In this document: positions 62,869 to 64,000 of the stretch, in pieces
Numbering within the stretch: position 1 is the stretch's first letter
How the letters are laid out: the number at the start of each line of letters is the position of its first letter
IMG/VR virus record: IMGVR_UViG_3300010163_000004
Coordinates: 8,935 to 72,934 of that record
Reading direction: 5' to 3' (one strand)
Length of the DNA stretch: 64,000 nt
Origin: a virus
Taxonomy: Duplodnaviria; Heunggongvirae; Uroviricota; Caudoviricetes
The notes under the pieces: generated by a model
Databases searched by the model: none
What the model was told of the DNA's origin: nothing
The model's input: the letters and a program-made list of their open reading frames with translations, nothing else
Made by a program: the position numbers and the translations under genes

Positions 62869-63458
62869 TATTCCCCTTCGTTATAAGCGTCAATGACTTT
62901 AATAATCTCATTCAAATCATTATCAATTTCTAGGTCTTCAAACATTCCCAAGGAAGTCTTTGCTACACAGCTACCGTCATTGTTAGTGATAAGCTTATAC
63001 TCCATTCTACCAGAGTCTCCTTCATTTACTTTAGTAAAGAAGATATATGTAAACAAACCTTCCAAGGTTACTTTTTCAGACAGCAACTTACCAACAGTCT
63101 TGATAACGTACTTAGGATTAACATTGTCTCCAACATTTTCTGAGTGAGTTAAGAAGATCATTTTGCAATCCTCTCTCATCTTTTCTGAATATCTCAGAAT
63201 TTCCATAGCGTGTTGAGCTAATTCACTAAACTTAGTATAACCAACTTCAGTTGCCCTATCAACGAACTCATAAGAGAGAACATATTGGAAGTCATCAATG
63301 ATTACCTGCTTGATATGCGGCATCATCTTATCAATAATTTGAAGAATTTTCAGTATTTGGTCCCACTTTGAACTTACATAGTAGTTACCACTCACGTTCT
63401 TTCCTTCGATTTTGATGGGAATATACTTCTTCTTCCATGCACGGAAGGGAAGCGGCTT
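62868..63458 (-). CDS. 3' exon of AAA_24-type ATPase (recombination/annealing-associated)
   Basis: The frame extends upstream of the track start to AAG CCG CTT CCC TTC (KPLPF). Motifs IIDDFQY, FLTHSE, KTVGKLL, LEGLF. Walker A is absent, so it should lie in the out-of-window exon. Confidence 0.85.
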   Translation of the reverse strand, partial: KPLPFRAWKKKYIPIKIEGKNVSGNYYVSSKWDQILKILQIIDKMMPHIKQVIIDDFQYVLSYEFVDRATEVGYTKFSELAQHAMEILRYSEKMREDCKMIFLTHSENVGDNVNPKYVIKTVGKLLSEKVTLEGLFTYIFFTKVNEGDSGRMEYKLITNNDGSCVAKTSLGMFEDLEIDNDLNEIIKVIDAYNEGE

Positions 63459-64000
63459 CGTTTGTATATTACGAATAGGGTTGTCATCCCTAGCATATAC
63501 CTAGAGCTTTCACTCTAGACTAGACTATATCTTTAGAATAAAATATTTACCTCTGCATTGCCTGTGTTTACCATTATTTTTAAATTCTGATAAACTTAGA
63601 TGAGAACGTAAAGTTCCAACATCAATAGATTCTTCTATAGCACATTCACGTATAGATGGATATTCTTTTATAATACTCCCACCCTCTGTAATTTGTAAAA
63701 CAGGTTTTTTAGTTTTCTGATTTTTCCCCTTCATTGATTGGGTATCAAATTTATCAAAGGACTCTCCTTTGAATCGGAAAACTAGATTGCCTGTAGTTTT
63801 TCTAATGCCATTACATACTTGGGATACTTTAGCACTATTTACTCCAAGTTGTAATTCACATTCTTTTTGGGATTTATAAGTATTTAAATAATGCCCTTGC
63901 TTATCATAAACATCAATAGCTTTCTCGAATAAAGCTTTTTGTTTATCAGAAACAATTCTGCCTAATTGTCCATCTCCGCCTCTAGTAGCATTTGTCAATC
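63459..64000 (-). ncRNA. Group I intron, 3' portion (5' end outside window)
   Basis: Minus strand AAAGATATAGTCTA (S element, J8/7-P7'), CTAGAG-TGAAAG-CTCTAG (P9-like), TAGGG-ATGACAA-CCCTA hairpin, terminal G at 63459 directly before in-frame exon codon AAG. Confidence 0.85.
63525..64000 (-). CDS. Intron-encoded homing endonuclease, GIY-YIG-type with two NUMOD1 repeats (5'-partial)
   Basis: LTNATRGGDG, IDVYDKQGHYLNTYKSQKEC...GVNSAKVSQVC, VLQITEGGSIIKEYPSIRECA. Ends at TAG 63525-63527, or at TGA 63510-63512 if TAG=Gln. Confidence 0.8.
   Translation of the reverse strand, partial: LTNATRGGDGQLGRIVSDKQKALFEKAIDVYDKQGHYLNTYKSQKECELQLGVNSAKVSQVCNGIRKTTGNLVFRFKGESFDKFDTQSMKGKNQKTKKPVLQITEGGSIIKEYPSIRECAIEESIDVGTLRSHLSLSEFKNNGKHRQCRGKYFILKI

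Noticed and set aside
26020-63147. Plus-strand ORFs within the minus block (e.g. 26020-26271, 27660-27968, 28274-28696, 35675-36031, 42809-43180, 57014-57427, 60343-60675)
   Set aside because: They are antisense to well-supported genes and have the Ser/Leu/Phe/Ile-rich composition typical of shadows.
1-64000. Suppressor tRNA or other tRNA genes
   Set aside because: No cloverleaf or T-loop in a non-coding gap was seen. The TTCGAATCC near 61950-61960 is inside a coding frame. A suppressor tRNA, if present, lies outside the window; tRNAscan-SE/ARAGORN should confirm.
1-64000. CRISPR array or transposase/integrase
   Set aside because: No regularly spaced direct repeats and no DDE or tyrosine/serine recombinase motifs were seen.

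Overview
The window is an AT-rich slice of a crAss-like (Crassvirales) phage genome made of two convergent blocks. (1) Positions 1-25830 (+) look like scattered fragments in the standard-code ORF track. Read by hand with TAG=Gln (translation table 15), they become six end-to-end, overlapping genes with no internal TAA/TGA: 1-993 (partial), 990-2867, 2864-11206 (2780 aa, SF1 helicase domain), 11203-20196 (2997 aa single-chain virion RNA polymerase, catalytic GSDYDID), 20193-21128 (degenerate zincin-like) and 21121-25830 (1569 aa, PD-(D/E)xK nuclease domain). (2) Positions 25885-64000 (-) hold about 75 tightly packed replication, nucleotide-metabolism and RNA-repair genes: PolA, DnaG, ligase, UDG, ThyX, dUTPase, NrdD/NrdG, thioredoxin, PNK, RNA ligase, a Bacteroidota-like sigma70, NMNAT, YqeY, a resolvase, an exonuclease and an AAA ATPase. 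No intact phage gene I checked in this block ends in TAG, and I found only two clear in-frame TAGs, one at codon 4 of a Holliday-junction resolvase that the ORF track truncates. The window ends inside a group I intron carrying a GIY-YIG/NUMOD1 endonuclease, inserted in the AAA ATPase gene. Other oddities are a hairpin plus U-rich tract just after the first TAG of a virion gene, a G9 tract frameshifting a small gene, a 21-bp palindrome flanked by 4-bp direct repeats at a frameshift, and a dual-coded HNH overlap. TAG recoding, virion RNAP and introns are already known in Crassvirales; assignment to a family such as Suoliviridae and a Bacteroidota host is inference. The possible recoding-based regulatory gates are hypotheses. 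No tRNA or CRISPR array was seen. All annotation is by eye from motifs, with no database searches.
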